A stretch of DNA of 64,000 nucleotides. It comes from Blastocladiella emersonii ATCC 22665 (taxonomy: Eukaryota > Fungi > Blastocladiomycota). The notes below the pieces were generated by a model that was not told the origin of the DNA, did no database searches, and saw only the letters and a program-made list of their open reading frames with translations. Positions 1 to 11,969 of the stretch are shown piece after piece (position 1 is the first letter of the stretch; every line of letters begins with the position of its first letter). The stretch covers positions 744,001-808,000 of the forward strand of contig JANHCV010000008.1 of NCBI GenBank assembly GCA_025594325.1, in the 5' to 3' direction. The translations under genes and the position numbers were made by a program.

Positions 1-602
1 GATTCCGATCGCCGGCGCGAACGAGAGCTCGAACGAGGACGGTCCCGGGATCGCGTACGAGAAGCGCGTTCCGTTCGCGATTGAGAGCGCGATCGATCCG
101 AGCGCCGCAGATTATTCGCGGACTGAGAAGCTGATTGTGAGCGGTCGCGTGACGAAGGACGTGTAGAAGGCTGTGAGGGAAGCTTTTTGGCATCGCGCAA
201 GCTATCGGGTGCTTGGCCGTTCAAACTTGAGGTGGAACGGGACAGCTGGGCCTGTTCGCGGAGATGCACTTGCGCAAGACTAGGCACGCAGTTGCCGGCG
301 AGGTGACTGACTCCATCGTGGAAGGGAATCGGGCAGAGGTCGGGCGTCAAGTCAAGCTGCGACCGCAAACGCTCCAGGTTCGCAATTTCAGCAAGTGCCG
401 TTTGAAAATCGAGCTGGGTGCTCCAGGAGACCGCTTTCGAGGCCCGCGAGAGAAGTGCCGCGCGCATGACGGTTACACGCAGGTCCATGGTCCTGAGCAC
501 CACGGCTTCGAGAAGTGCATGGCGGTCTGCCGCACTGTCCGGAACCCGACTACCAGAGAGCTCATAACGCGCAAGAAGCTCGGTCGCGCCGGCCAAATCC
601 AT
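1..602 (-). CDS. Gag-like family Y, copy Y0 (5' part; runs off the left edge)
   Basis: My translation from ATG 602: MDLAGATELLARYELSGSRVPDSAADRHALLEAVVLRTMDLRVTVMRAALLS...AEIANLERLR then an RS-rich tract, open to position 1. Same N-terminal motif (RALLEAVL..LELRI.LM) as ORFs 10208-11740 and 11970-13862. Absent from the ORF track because its stop lies outside the window. Confidence 0.75.
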   Translation of the reverse strand, partial: MDLAGATELLARYELSGSRVPDSAADRHALLEAVVLRTMDLRVTVMRAALLSRASKAVSWSTQLDFQTALAEIANLERLRSQLDLTPDLCPIPFHDGVSHLAGNCVPSLAQVHLREQAQLSRSTSSLNGQAPDSLRDAKKLPSQPSTRPSSRDRSQSASQSANNLRRSDRSRSQSRTERASRTRSRDRPRSSSRSRRRSE

Positions 603-1069
603 GTTATTATCCAGTTTCATTACGTTGCATAGAGTTATTTGCCAAGCTGCGTCGCTGGGGGTGAGGGCTCTGCAGAACGAGCGGCTGCGCAAAACTTCTC
701 GGAGAGCAGCGGGAGTGTGGCGCCGAGTGTGGCGCTGCGGGCGCACGCGCAGCCACCTGATTGATTAACGCGTCTCGCGCGCGGAGACGCGCTGACGGGG
801 GCGGCGATCACGGAGTCCGAAACTAAGAGGAACGCACGAGAGAGTCGGGTGTGCTAGGAATATTGGCGATTGGTAGCGTTAGGAACTGCTCCCCTCCGTG
901 CTGGGCTCTCAACCCCACCCCTCCTCCACCCCTCCCCCACCCACCCCTCCCCAACCCAACCTCAACTCAACCTCAACTCATCCTCAACTCAGCCCTTCAG
1001 CGCGTCAATGAAAGATACATGCGCTGCGGCGTCGTAGTTAACGCGTTGTGCGGAAAGAAATACGCGCGA

Positions 1070-2913
1070 TTAGAGGATGAAGAGCTTCTTAGTGGGCGCC
1101 TTGTCGCCGAACATCTTATTTACGCTGATGCCCGCGGCGGAGAGCGCGTTCACAATAGCAGCCGCGTTCTCTTCAGGAGCCCGGAGTCGGGAGCAGTCGG
1201 CGGTCGAGTGCGTGCGCGCGATGGGCCAAAGGCCCGGAAGTGATAAGCAAAAGTTGCAACAAAGGTCGGACCCGCGACTGGAAGGAGGAGTCGGCCTTGC
1301 CGTTGAGGTGGAGGATCGGTCCGAAATCGGGACAACACTCGGCTTTTGAGCGACGAGTCGTTCCCTGGAATTGTGCAAAGAATCTGGCTGGGGACCAGAC
1401 AAGGGTGCGCGCAAAGCTTGAGCAGCCAATTCAAGTGGCAGAGAAGATGATGCATTAGCGGACGGAGATTGATCGTGTTCAAAGGCGATTCGCAAAGTAT
1501 TCCGCGAGGGAGAATCAAGAGAAGCGCGCTGACGGCCAGGCGCACGCTCGGGCGATGGCGAGGAAACCGATCCGCGCGATCCAAACGGGCAAGTGAGGTG
1601 GCCGTGCAACTTCACCATATCGCCCAAGCTGCAGCCTTGATCAAACACCATCTCCGTGAGAGGATTGACTGCAGCACCCAAGGCGTAAAAGTGCTCGTCC
1701 GATAGCACTTGCTTGAGCTGGCGATTCCGCCGGTTTCTTGCCACTTCGAGGTCAATCACCTCCCCCAACATCGCGAGGAACCGCGGATGAAAGTCGAGCA
1801 CCGACTCGCCCGGAGCAAGCTTGAGAGCGCGCCAGCGGGCCACCCGTTCGCGCCGCCAGTTTGGGTCCGTCGCGTTGCAAAAAGCGCGGCGGGCCTCCTC
1901 ATTGCTCGTTGTCTCCTCCAAGAATATCGCAAAAGGCCGAGTACAGGTCGGGGTGCACGTTGGATCGCGCCGTCAGGAGCACGGAAGTGAGCGTTTTTGG
2001 CGCGTGAGCGACCGCCTCAAGTTGCGCAAGAAATCGGCGCGCGAGATGCGCGGGTGGATTGGTGCCGCCGCGAAGCTTGGGCACGTGCGTCCGAAGCACT
2101 TGGAACAGCTCCGGGTCATACGCACGCGGCCCGCAACGAGGGCCCGGTGAGTCGGGCTAAGAGCGGCACAGCGACTGGTCACGAGTTCGCGAGACAGGCC
2201 GAAGAAGAGCGCGAGACGGAGAATGCGAGCGAACCAAGTGGCGTAATTGGGTTGGGGTGCGGGATTGAGAGCGTCGGCGTTCTTCATGCGGGAGTTGGGC
2301 CGGCGATCGCGTTCGTGACCGCGGCCGCGCGGAGGAGGGCGCCCGACGTGAAGGTGAGCTTGAGTGGGATCGAGTCGAAAAGCGCATGCTCAGTCGCTGC
2401 TCGAGAGCCAGAGTGCGAGCGGAGCTCGCGCTGCAATTTACCGGCGTCGTTAAGCGGACACTGTGACCAGGCAAGCGTGCTCAAAGGAGCAGATGAGTTC
2501 AACGGTAGAGCATGCTGCGCATTCGATTTGAACGAAACAAGTGCAGCTGTGGTTGCGGTACGGCATGGAGTCGGTGCAATCATGCTGGAGGCTAGCACCG
2601 TCTATATGGCAAATGTCGCGATTACAAACATTGACCTGAGCGGCAGTCAACGCCGCTTTGATTCGAGCCTGTAAGAGCTCCAGCTCCGTGATCTCAGCGG
2701 AACTCTTACTGGTTGAAAAATCCGAAACATCCGGAGCCGAGCCCACGAGAGGCCGAGCGTAAGTAGAAAGTGCCGAGCGCATCATTGATATCCGTAGCTC
2801 CAACAACCGGCGTAGCACGGCTTCGAGGAGCGCTCGCCTGCCCGCTTCGGTCTTAGGAAGCTGGTCGACCTCACATAACGAGCAAGAGGTTTGGCCGCAT
2901 TGGCGAGATCCAT
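1070..2913 (-). pseudogene. Gag-like family Y, copy Y1 (frameshifted)
   Basis: Pieces in different frames: MDLANAAKPLARY (2913), LRRLLELRISMMRSAL, VPKLRGG..ARRFLAQLEAV, DPNWRRERVARWRALKLAPGESVLDFHPRFLAML, knuckle CNFCLSLPGLWPIARTHSTADC. One shift is an extra T in a T4 run near 1930. Confidence 0.7.
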
Positions 2914-3940
2914 CAATTCATCCGATTCCATTGTAACAAGTGTCACACGAGGCGAGCCTGATATCGTGGCCCGAAGCGGAGGTGGGGAAGATCAAGCGGG
3001 CGGGTGGCGGTCGGGCGTTTCGACCTCCTCCCATCATGTGACCGAACGCGTCGACGCGTCTCGCTTCTCGCTCCTCAGGATGGATGGAAGCTCATGCGGG
3101 GTGGGGGTTCATGGGGCAGAGCGGGCCGGCGGCGGTTGGGTCCGGGTACTGGTTGTGCGTGAGCATAGTGACAATCCGCAGCGGGGATCTAAGTTCACGG
3201 ATGATCCAAGTACAGTGCATGGAGAGCCAAGAGCGTTTCTGGGTCGGGGGTAGCTGGAACCATGGGCAAGAAAGATCGATACGGTGGTAACCGCGAGCAC
3301 TGATTTGCTGGCCGCGATCAGGTGATTGTTGGACGCGTCTCGCACGCGTGTCTCGCACGCACGCATGCACCGGCGGCGCGGGCAAAAGAGCAGGCTTTTG
3401 ACCGGATATTCCAATTCAATTCACAAGAACACACGCAGGCACTTGAATCGGACACGAACACGGCACACGAGGGGCAGAAGGGTTATCGCTTGTCTGACAC
3501 ACTGTCGTGTTCTATCGTCGCTAACCCGTAGGTCATCAACCAGTGGGGGGTATCGAACACATGACATCGCACCCCGACACACTCAAGATTGACGGCACAC
3601 TCGGGCGCTCCGGTCACGCTACAGGCACGTAGCGTCGGTCAACCGCGGCCATAACGTATGCGAGCCCTCTCTCATTGCAGCCCAAGTGCAGCATTACTCA
3701 GATATATTGCGTATAGGTTTAAAGCTCGGCCGCTCTAGCTTCGTCCGTGTCCGGTGCGGCGCGCCATGAAGCAAATCGTTCGAGTTCGACACGCCAAGCT
3801 TGTTTTTTTTTTCCCGGGGCACCCCACCAGGGCGCGTCAGCTGCGAAATTTGGAAACTATTACAGGATCTCCAAGAGCGCGATGGCTCGAATCGTAGGTT
3901 TGCCATCGACGAGAACTCTGATCGGAGTATACGGATCGTT

Positions 3941-4641
3941 TCATGAGCTCCCACGTTCTGTTAAACGGTTGCCCCACTTCCTGTTGCCCCACGAGAACTC
4001 TGGGGCAGCCAGTGAAAGGGGACATCCAAGTGTAAGATCCAGTTTTTCCGCATCTCCAAGCACAAAAAGACGACCGCGTTGGAAGCTGCGCTCACAAGGG
4101 TCTCGGTACGAAGCTGGCGACACCAAACCAAGAGATTTCCTAGAGGGAGTCGGGGCGTTGAACGTGAGTCGCTTGATCGTTGGAAACGGTTCTGATTTAC
4201 CGTACAATGAGACCTTGTACACATCAGCCGCCTCTTCCTCGCGATCAGAGCACAGTCTCCGGCCCAGTCCACCAAAGAAAACGGGTTCGCCCTCGGCAGT
4301 CTTGAAGTCAGACTCGGCGGTGAATGAGAGCGTTGTACGCAAGCAATGTCGACGAAGGGTCAACATGGTCGTGAGAATTGGTTCCTGACCGTTGTCGCTC
4401 TGGGCCTCGCTTAGTCCAGTTTCATCGAAGGCTGGCAAGTTGTGAAGAAGAACTTCGGTTTCCGGGGGGAGTTCAGGATATCCAGGTTAAGACAAACGCT
4501 CGTCCTCGGGTGTTTCGACGCAAGAATCGCGGCCTTGAGCTCGGAGGCATCGAGAGTAGCAGCGCGGACTCCGAGTCGAAGGTGAGAGTTGGAAGTCGCG
4601 AGCGGGCTGGCAAGAACCCGAATCACCTCGTCTTCAGGCAT
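3941..4641 (-). pseudogene. F-box-motif ORF abutting Helitron copy 1 (one frameshift)
   Basis: KFSDMPEDEVIRVLASPL resembles the F-box start L.DLP.E+L..I. Frame shifts at the G6 run at 4464-4469 into ORF 3941-4438. Confidence 0.4.
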
Positions 4642-4683
4642 GTCGCTGAACTTGACCGCGCCAAGGATACTAGCGGGACTAAT

Positions 4684-5867
4684 TCTCAGCAGTAGGCTGA
4701 GTTTCTGTGGAGCTGAATTCGCGCTCAAGCTGGGCCATTTGGCACGCCTGACTTTTCTGCCACTCCCATCAACACGCGTCGCGACGCGTCTCGGTCGAGC
4801 TCGAATTATCTTCTCCTCAATTTTCTCCAAATCCTCTTAATAAATCTACCCTCTCACTCTATGAAACTCAACTAAAATCGTCTGGGGCACAGTTCGACGT
4901 CGGAATACTCTCCGTGTACCTGACCTCTCACTCTTCCCGCTCCTCCCGCGGCCACTGTGCATATCCTCTACATTTCCTCCGTCCTTCATGTCCTACGTGG
5001 GCATCCACACGCTTCCCTGACGCTTTGATTTAATTCACCGCTTGCGCGTATTGTGTCTCGCGTTTTTTGTCTCGCGTCTCCTGTCTCGCACTCGTGGCGT
5101 GCGCGAGACACATCGCGTCTCTTGTGTCTCACTAGCACGAGACGCGCACGCGCGTTGCCAGACACGCGCGTGAGAGCGCGTTCGTTGCGCGGACGGCAAA
5201 TTCCCACGCGTCTGGACGCGTGGGAGCGCGTGTGTGCGCGACGCGTGTGTGCGCGACGCGTTGGCACGCGCGTGACGGCGAATTCCCACACGTCGACACG
5301 CGTGCGAGCGCGTCTGGTGCGCGGACGGCAAAATCGCTTGCTTCTTTCTTCCGTGCTTTCTCACGCGGCATCGTCAACGGCGTCATTGGCCGTGTTGAAG
5401 GCTTTGCCACCGACGCGAACAACGACATTGATGCAGTCATCATCCGGCCCAACAAGGATCTGGGTCGCATGCCCAAGCTACCCGGGATCCCCGACGGCTG
5501 CTTCCCGCTGCGCCGCGAGATCGCCTCGTTCCGCCTCAAGAACAAGGTGGCCGGCACATCCAAGACGATCCATCGAGCCCAGTTCCCGCTCGAGCTCGCG
5601 TACGCGCTGACGGCGCACAAGGCCCAAGGGATGACCCTCGAAAAGGTCATCGTTGATCTCGCCGACATGACGCGTGGATCGTTACCGTGGCGCTTCCTGT
5701 ACATGATCCTATCGCGTGTACGGCGCGGTGACGACATCCTGATCCTGCGTGATCCAGGTATCCAAGGCCTGAATCAAACACAGGATCAACATTTACTTGC
5801 CGAGTACGCTCGACTGCAAAGTCTGGCGGAGGCAACCACTACCTAGTCCTTAGCTCATTAATACATG
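4684..5867 (+). mobile_element. Non-autonomous Helitron (Helitron2-like), copy 1, 3'-truncated
   Basis: Begins TCTCAGCAGTAGGCTGAG. Carries the PIF1-type helicase C-terminus (GIVNGVIG..R.QFPLELAYALTAHKAQGMTL..LYMILSRVR, stop 5846). Reverse complement of 25378-26561 and the same ORF translations as copies 2 and 3. Lacks the last ~123 bp. Confidence 0.88.
5043..5330. repeat. CGCG/ACGCGT-dense array inside the Helitron (also in copies 2 and 3)
   Basis: Roughly 24 CGCG tetramers in ~290 bp, including the hairpin TCCCACGCGTC-TG-GACGCGTGGGA and repeated GCGCGGACGGCAAA. Confidence 0.8.
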
Positions 5868-6434
5868 CACAATAAGCTCGCGCATCACCCACTCGCGCAC
5901 GTCCCGTTTGCGCGAAAGCGCGCTTCTACCCAGTTTCGGAAGCCGGTCCATGGCCAACATCACATCTCGGCCGCGCACAATGATGTTGAGATCGGCCTTC
6001 GACGTTGATGATCTGGGACACGGTTCAACATCAAGCTGGTTGATCCAGCCGCCCATCAGCATAAACTGTTTGTTCCTAGGCTTCTTGTATCCGACGGTGG
6101 GTGAGATCGGAACGCGCGCAGCAGTTAGCGCGTCAAAAATGGCACGTGGGTTTTCTGCCGCGGGCAGTCCGATGTGAAGTGCGTTTGCGCACTGGATCGC
6201 GGGTCGCGAAGGAATCCGCAGAAATGACAGGGAGTGCAAGGCGCGTGGACTGCTGCAAGTGAACCCGCGGTCGGTGGAGGTGGGTATGCGGACGCAATGG
6301 GGGCTGGTTTTGTGGAAGCTGTTGCACGCGCCGAGCCTCGAGGAAACTCGGAAGGCTGGCGAGCACTGCGGGGCGACGCACGTTTCGAAACGCGACCCGT
6401 GCAGGTGAACAACGCGCCGCGCCACGGCGCGCAC
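5868..6434 (-). pseudogene. Gag-like family Y, copy Y2 (C-terminal remnant)
   Basis: Knuckle CHFCGFLRDPRSSAQTHFTSDC and C-domain NPRAIFDALTAARVPI..IVRGRDVMLAMDR..VMRELIVH, frameshifted between them. Its last codons come from the Helitron. Confidence 0.65.
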
Positions 6435-6724
6435 TCATGTCCTCACTGTTCCGCGAAACGAAATAAAATGACGCGACAAGGGCAAGACGTGATGCATGGG
6501 GTTGCGAGGCCCGCGGACTCGCTCGAAGGGTCGGAAGAGAGGGGTAGATCGAGGAGTGCATGCAAAACGATCCCGTGGATGCAGCGGGAATGCGTCACGC
6601 CGCGGCGCAGCGCGCTTGCGACCCCGCGGCCCCGAGCAAGGGCGAGATAGCCGGTGAACTCAAAAAAAAGGATGGAGGTGTAGTCAAAAGGCAGAGAGGA
6701 CACAGTGGTCATGGCTGGTGATGC

Positions 6725-8933
6725 CTACGGGTACAAGATTTTGTGGAAGGCGGGCCACGACGCGGTACCGGTCGTCAGGTCCAAAGCCGCCGGCGGACCC
6801 GCAGCAAAGTCGTCAGCCGCGTTCTTCTCAGGGTGTGTGTAGCGGTGGATCCAGGTGCACACGGACTCGGCGAGCGTCGGCTGGACCGAGGCATCGACCC
6901 GTTGGACAATGAGCTTCCGCGACACCTTGGTGTGGTCCTCAGCCGCGGCGGCGACGACCATTTCGGCCATCCAGCTGTTGCGACGGAATGCCACGTCAAT
7001 GATCTCGACCATTCGATCGTGCGGTGCGAGTGACGGGTGCGTGACTAGATGCAAGGGCGGTGTACGGGTCAGTCAAGCAGGGGTCCGACGCGAGCGCGGA
7101 CGCGCGACGCGTACCCGACGAGAATGTGAGTGAGAGGGTCTTGCGCTTGCTGCGCCTGCTGCGCTTGCTGGCCTTGGCACCGACGGCGACTCCTGGAACT
7201 GCGACGTCGTCCGGTGCTGCAACGTTGTTGGGTACCGCGACGAGGTGCGCGCGGCTCGCAAAGGACGCGAGGTGGAAGGCGAGGGCGGCGGCGAGATGGG
7301 GATCGCTTAGCTGGCCAATAAGCTTGATCCCGGCCGTGATGGTCGCGTCGCGGTACTCGTCGTCAAACGCCGCCATGGCGAGGGCGGCGCGGCACTGGTC
7401 GGCGGCCTTGGCGACGTGCGGGAAGTGCGTGCTGCGAGGATCCGGCGCGACGACAACGCCGTCAAGGATGCGGGGGCCGTAGCGCTCGTAGAGGAACGCG
7501 AACGGACCGGCGGCGGCGCGGACCGGGTCAAAGTCGCGGTCGAGGATCTCACTGAGCTTGATCTTGGGGCGGTCCGCCGGGCGCCTGTCGGTCGCGGTAG
7601 GACGGACGCGACCTACGTATTTCGGGTCCAGGCGGAGGATCGAGACGAGGACCTCGAGCATGGTCGTGCCCGGCGGAACCCGGACGTCGGTGGCGCAGTG
7701 GGCGGCGAGCTTTGGCACGCTCGCGCGGAGCCAGCGGAGCCGCTCGCAGTCCATGTGGAGGAGATGGTCCATGAGGCCCGTGTGCGCGTTGAGCGACTCG
7801 GCGAGGCGGCCGACGGCAGCGTCGTCGGCGATGATCTGGTTGATGAGGCGGAAGGCCTCGCGCGTCACCTTGGCGACATTGGGAACAGCGTCAATCTGAG
7901 GCGGCGACGCTGGTACGGGACCGGGCGCAACCTGGCCCGGCGGTTGGTGCGCGGGCGGGAGCGGGGGGAGCGGGGGGAGCGGGGGGAGCGGGGGGAGCGG
8001 GGGGAGCGGGGGGAGGAAGGACGCGGCAGCGTGACGAGCAGACACGACCGCGGGCGGAAGCTGACTCGTCGGCGGTATCGGCAGGTCCTCAGGGCCGCGC
8101 GCAGTCTTGGCAGTGGCAGACACAGCCGACGGGGCGTCGGCGCCGCGGGCTTGCGGCGGCGCGATCAGCGGGGTCTCGCACACGGCCGGGGGCACAGACG
8201 GCGGCGTAGTCGGCGGGCAGGGGCCGGACGCGGTCAGGGTGACGACGCGGAACGTGTCGGTGACCTTGGCGCCCTCCGACGCAGTCGACAAGTCCTCGAC
8301 GACGATCGAGTATGGCGACGGGCCCGTTGATCCGGGTAGCGGGCCCGCGGCCACAACCACGGGGGCCGGGTCGGCGGCGGACCCACCCGCGTCCTCGGCG
8401 ATGAGCTGCGTCGCGACCAGTGCCGCGGGGGCCGGGTTGGTGGTGGAACCGCTCGCGGGCGCGAGGGTGGCGGTGGCGGCGGGCGTGACCGTGGCCCGGG
8501 CCTCGGGGACGTCGACGTCCATTGGGTCCTCCGGTCCGCGATCAGGCTGCTCGCGCTCCTCGAACTCGCGTGCAAGCCTGGCAGCGAAGTTACCACCCGC
8601 CCAGAAAAGCTTGCGCGGGGGCGGCAGGTTCGGACGGCGTCGCTTGGTCGGCGGGGGCGGGACCTTGTTGGCGCGAACTGGAAGGGTTCGACATGGTTAG
8701 GGAACCGCGACGAGAGGGTGTGGAAGCGGATGAGAGCGTACCGTCGTCTTCGTCGTCGTCGGAGGCTGGGCGGCGGGGCGGGCGCGGCGACTGGATCGGG
8801 TCGAGGACAGCGGAGTGGTTCAGCTGCGGCGGCGTCGTGGCCGTGGTCGAGTCGGGCAGGACGTCGTCGACGACCTTGCCAAACTCCGTGTCGCCGGCGG
8901 CCGTACCCGAATCCGCGTCGCCGGCGGCCGTGT
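6725..8933 (-). CDS. Hypothetical protein Z (Pro/Ala-rich N-part, helical C-part), spliced, one frameshift near 8605
   Basis: ORF 6996-8522 joins ORF 6725-7054 in frame through intron 7114..7045 (GTACGC...CTGAC...TAG). Upstream, removing one G from CTGGGCGGGTGGTAAC joins it to ORF 8590-9777. Strongly G/C-ending codons. Confidence 0.55.
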
Positions 8934-9754
8934 CCAGCTGGTGGGCGCAGGGAATCCCAGGTGGGTCAGGCGAACGTGAGCGCGAACGCGAAAGGGCATG
9001 GGTTGCGCGACGAGGCTGCGGCGACGAAGTGCGCTGCCGTTTCCGAGCGGACGAAGCATGAAGTTTGCGAGATCGAGAACGAGGTCGGGAACGCGAGCGC
9101 GAGCGGGAGCTAGAGCGCCGGCGCGGCCGAGTCGATGTACGAGATTGCGAGCGCGAGCGGGAGCTGGAACGCCGGCGCGACCTACGCGGCACGGGAGATC
9201 GAGATCGAGACCGCCGGCGTGACTCTTGTGAAGTGCGAGAAGGAGACTGAGATCCAGGGTGCAAACCAGAGACACGCGACGATTGGTGCGAGCGGGTCTT
9301 GGAGCGGGACCGGTTGCGCGACTGCGTGCGAGAGTGGTGCTCGCGAGAACGAGGCAGAGAATCGCGCCGCTGCGTCGTTGTCGACGGGTTTGACGACCTC
9401 GATTGGGAACGCAAATCGTGCGCAAGGCCCAGTGAGCAAGGCGTCGAGTCAAGCGAAACCGGTGTAGAGCGGGTTGAGCCCGCCAGAGAGTCAGCTTGGA
9501 GCTGAGCACGAAGTAGCTCGAGTCCCGCAAGCTCCCTGGAGTGCGCGGGCCGTTGGTCTCCCGCGCCCGATTGTTCGGAAGTCGCGCCGGGAGACGATGC
9601 ACAAGTAGACAGCGCCGATCGTATCAATACAACTCTAAGCTCCATCTCGAAGCAGCACAGATTCAAGGAGCGCTCGTCGGTCGGCCTCGCTGTCCGGAAG
9701 CGCAGTTGAGGGGTCATAACGTGCAAGGAGTTTGGCCGCCTCCGCGGTGTACAT
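8934..9754 (-). pseudogene. Gag-like family Y, copy Y3 (N-terminus plus RS tract only, fused to gene Z)
   Basis: MYTAEAAKLLARYDPSTALPDSEADRRALLESVL, a frameshift, ELRVVLIRSALS, long RS tract, DPPGIPCAHQL. Similarity to Y4 ends at CAGCTGG near 8934. Confidence 0.65.
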
Positions 9755-9935
9755 GGGTCTATCTGAGTGCATTGCATAGAGTGGCGTCGGGAGAATACAT
9801 TGAAGACGAATGATAGCCGAGAGAAGAAGGGGAGTGGCGAGAAGGGCCAGCAAGCTCGCCCGGTCCCGTGAGCTGAAACTCGTCTCGCGCTTCAAGCCAC
9901 GACCACGAGGAGAGGCACACCAACGATGTATCCAA

Positions 9936-11593
9936 TCATATAGCCCTGCCGGCCTCATCAAGACCCTGCCGAATGAACAAGAACAGCTCGCGCATCGCCC
10001 ACTCGCTGCCGTCCTTGCGCTGGACACCCTCCATCGCCGCGATCACTTCGAACGCACGCACAACCGCGTCCGCGGCGGCAGGCCCAACGACGCGCCCGTC
10101 CCGGTGCGCGCCGCGCAGCCCAAAGGTCCAGCTGCGGAGCACCACGTACAGCTCGCCCGTCGTGCACTTGGTGCCCACGTCTTTCCGGACAGGGATGGCT
10201 GCAGCCGTCAAGGCATCGACGATGATCTGCGCGTTGGATTCGGGGCGCTGCAACTTGCGACAGTGGGGCGTGGCGTGGGTGTGCGCGCCGGAGCGAAGGG
10301 AGGAGATCCGTGCACAAAACCTGCACACCGAAGTGGGGTCACGAGGAGGATCGGACGACTCGTGCTTGAAGCGGGCGCGTCGAAAGCACTCTGCCCCGCC
10401 TGAACCGCCGGTTCATAAGAGCGAGGGAGCGCGTATGCGTTTCGCCGCGACGTTGATGATCCAGGCGATTCCAGGCAAACAATATGTCCTTGCCGCTCCA
10501 CAACCTCGTCAAGCCCGCACTCGCGGACAAAGACAAGCTCCGTGATCGGGTCCGCGACGTGGCCCATGGCGTAGTACATTTTGCCGGCAAAGACTTGTTT
10601 CAGCTGGCGGTGGCGCTTGACCTTGGCAGTGACTGTAATCACCTCGCCTAGGATCGCGAGGAACTGCGGATAAAAGTCGCGCACCGACTGGCCCGGGTAA
10701 ATCGTAAGTGCGGTCCACCGCGTCGCCCATTCGCGCCGCCAGTTGAGGTTGGTCGCATTGAAAAAAATTCGACGCGCTTCCTTGTCGCTCGTCGTCTCCT
10801 CGAGGAACACGGCGTAAACGGCGTGAAGATCAGGCGAGACCATGGGGCGCGCCGTAAATAGTGCGGATGCGAGCGTGTTCGGTGTGTTGACCACCAACTC
10901 GAGCGCGGTAAGAAATTTGCGCACGTCGGCCTGCCGGTAGCCGAACAGCTTTGGAGCATTCGTCCGAATCGTTTTGGCCAGCTGCGGATCGTAGGCACAA
11001 ATTATGCCGGGTGGGTCAGGTGGTGGTGAGCGAGGACGCGGCGAGTGCGAGCGTTGCCGGCTGCGGGACCGCGTGCGGTCGCTGGCCAGTGGTTGTCGAG
11101 GCGGTGAGCGGGAGCGGGATCGATGTTGGAAGACGCTCGCTGAGTGCGCCCGGTTCTCGTGAAAACGCTCGTAAAGAGGCCGCTCGTGAGGGGGTGCGGT
11201 GGGCAGATGGCCGAGAGAACTTGGAACTCGGCGAGATGGCGGCGACGCAAAGTCCTGCGGCTGCGCGGAGAAAACGACTCCACTACTCGAGAGCAGGCCG
11301 CCGTTGCCGGAAAGGAGGTTTGGATGGGACCTCGATAAGTGCGTCTCGAGCCGAGCTCGAAGTCGCTCAAGGTCTGCGATTCGGGCCGATAGGTCGCGGC
11401 AGACAAGCTCTGACCGTGACAGGTCCGATGTAACACGCGAAAGAAGAGTTGCGTGCATCAAGGCTATCCGAAGCTCCAAAGTATTGCGCAGAACGGCTTC
11501 AAGAAGCGCGCGTTGTTCGGCTCGGCCGAATGGGAGGCTCGTCCAGGGGTCATAATTCGCAAGCAGCCTGTCGGCCGCGCGGACCGAATCCAT
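9936..11593 (-). pseudogene. Gag-like family Y, copy Y4 (full length, one frameshift before the knuckle)
   Basis: MDSVRAADRLLANYDP..., NAPKLFGYRQADVRKFLTALELV, NWRREWATRWTALTIYPGQSVRDFYPQFLAIL, then a shift near 10350-10450 to CRFCARISSLRSGAHTHATPHC and the C-domain (ORF 9936-10328). Confidence 0.7.
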
Positions 11594-11969
11594 GGTGCTA
11601 TCTGGGTTCACTGCATGGAGTCGTGTCTGCGGAATACATTGCATTGGGTCCGTAGTGTCGCTTGAAGGGAGCAGACGTGAGGATGATCGGCACGAGCGGT
11701 GAAACGCGGCTCGCGCTGCAAGCCACCGAGTCCGAGTCACGCCGCCACGCGAAGATGTCTCGCGCGTGCCGACGCAGTGGTGCCGACGCGTCCCGAGCGA
11801 GCATGACGAATAAAGAGCTCATGCGTCGCTCGCTCGATTCTGCACATCAATCAACCAGGTGAGCTACTCGACTCTTTGGCGAAGTTCCGGCCATCTCAGC
11901 CCGCAGGCAAGTAAGGGGAACCCACAACAAACTGTATCCGGTGCGATTCCAACCGACAACGAGCCCGAA

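Noticed and set aside
900-995. CTCAA/CCCCA short repeats as telomeric or functional array
   Set aside because: Short, irregular low-complexity tract between Y1 and Y0 with no consistent unit.
5220-5846. Host PIF1 helicase gene
   Set aside because: Only the last ~170 codons are present, there is no ATG-led N-terminus, and the fragment lies inside a three-copy element with Helitron termini.
7960-8012. (GGGGGAGCG)n repeat as a regulatory or G-quadruplex element
   Set aside because: Fully explained as the coding PPL repeat of protein Z on the minus strand.
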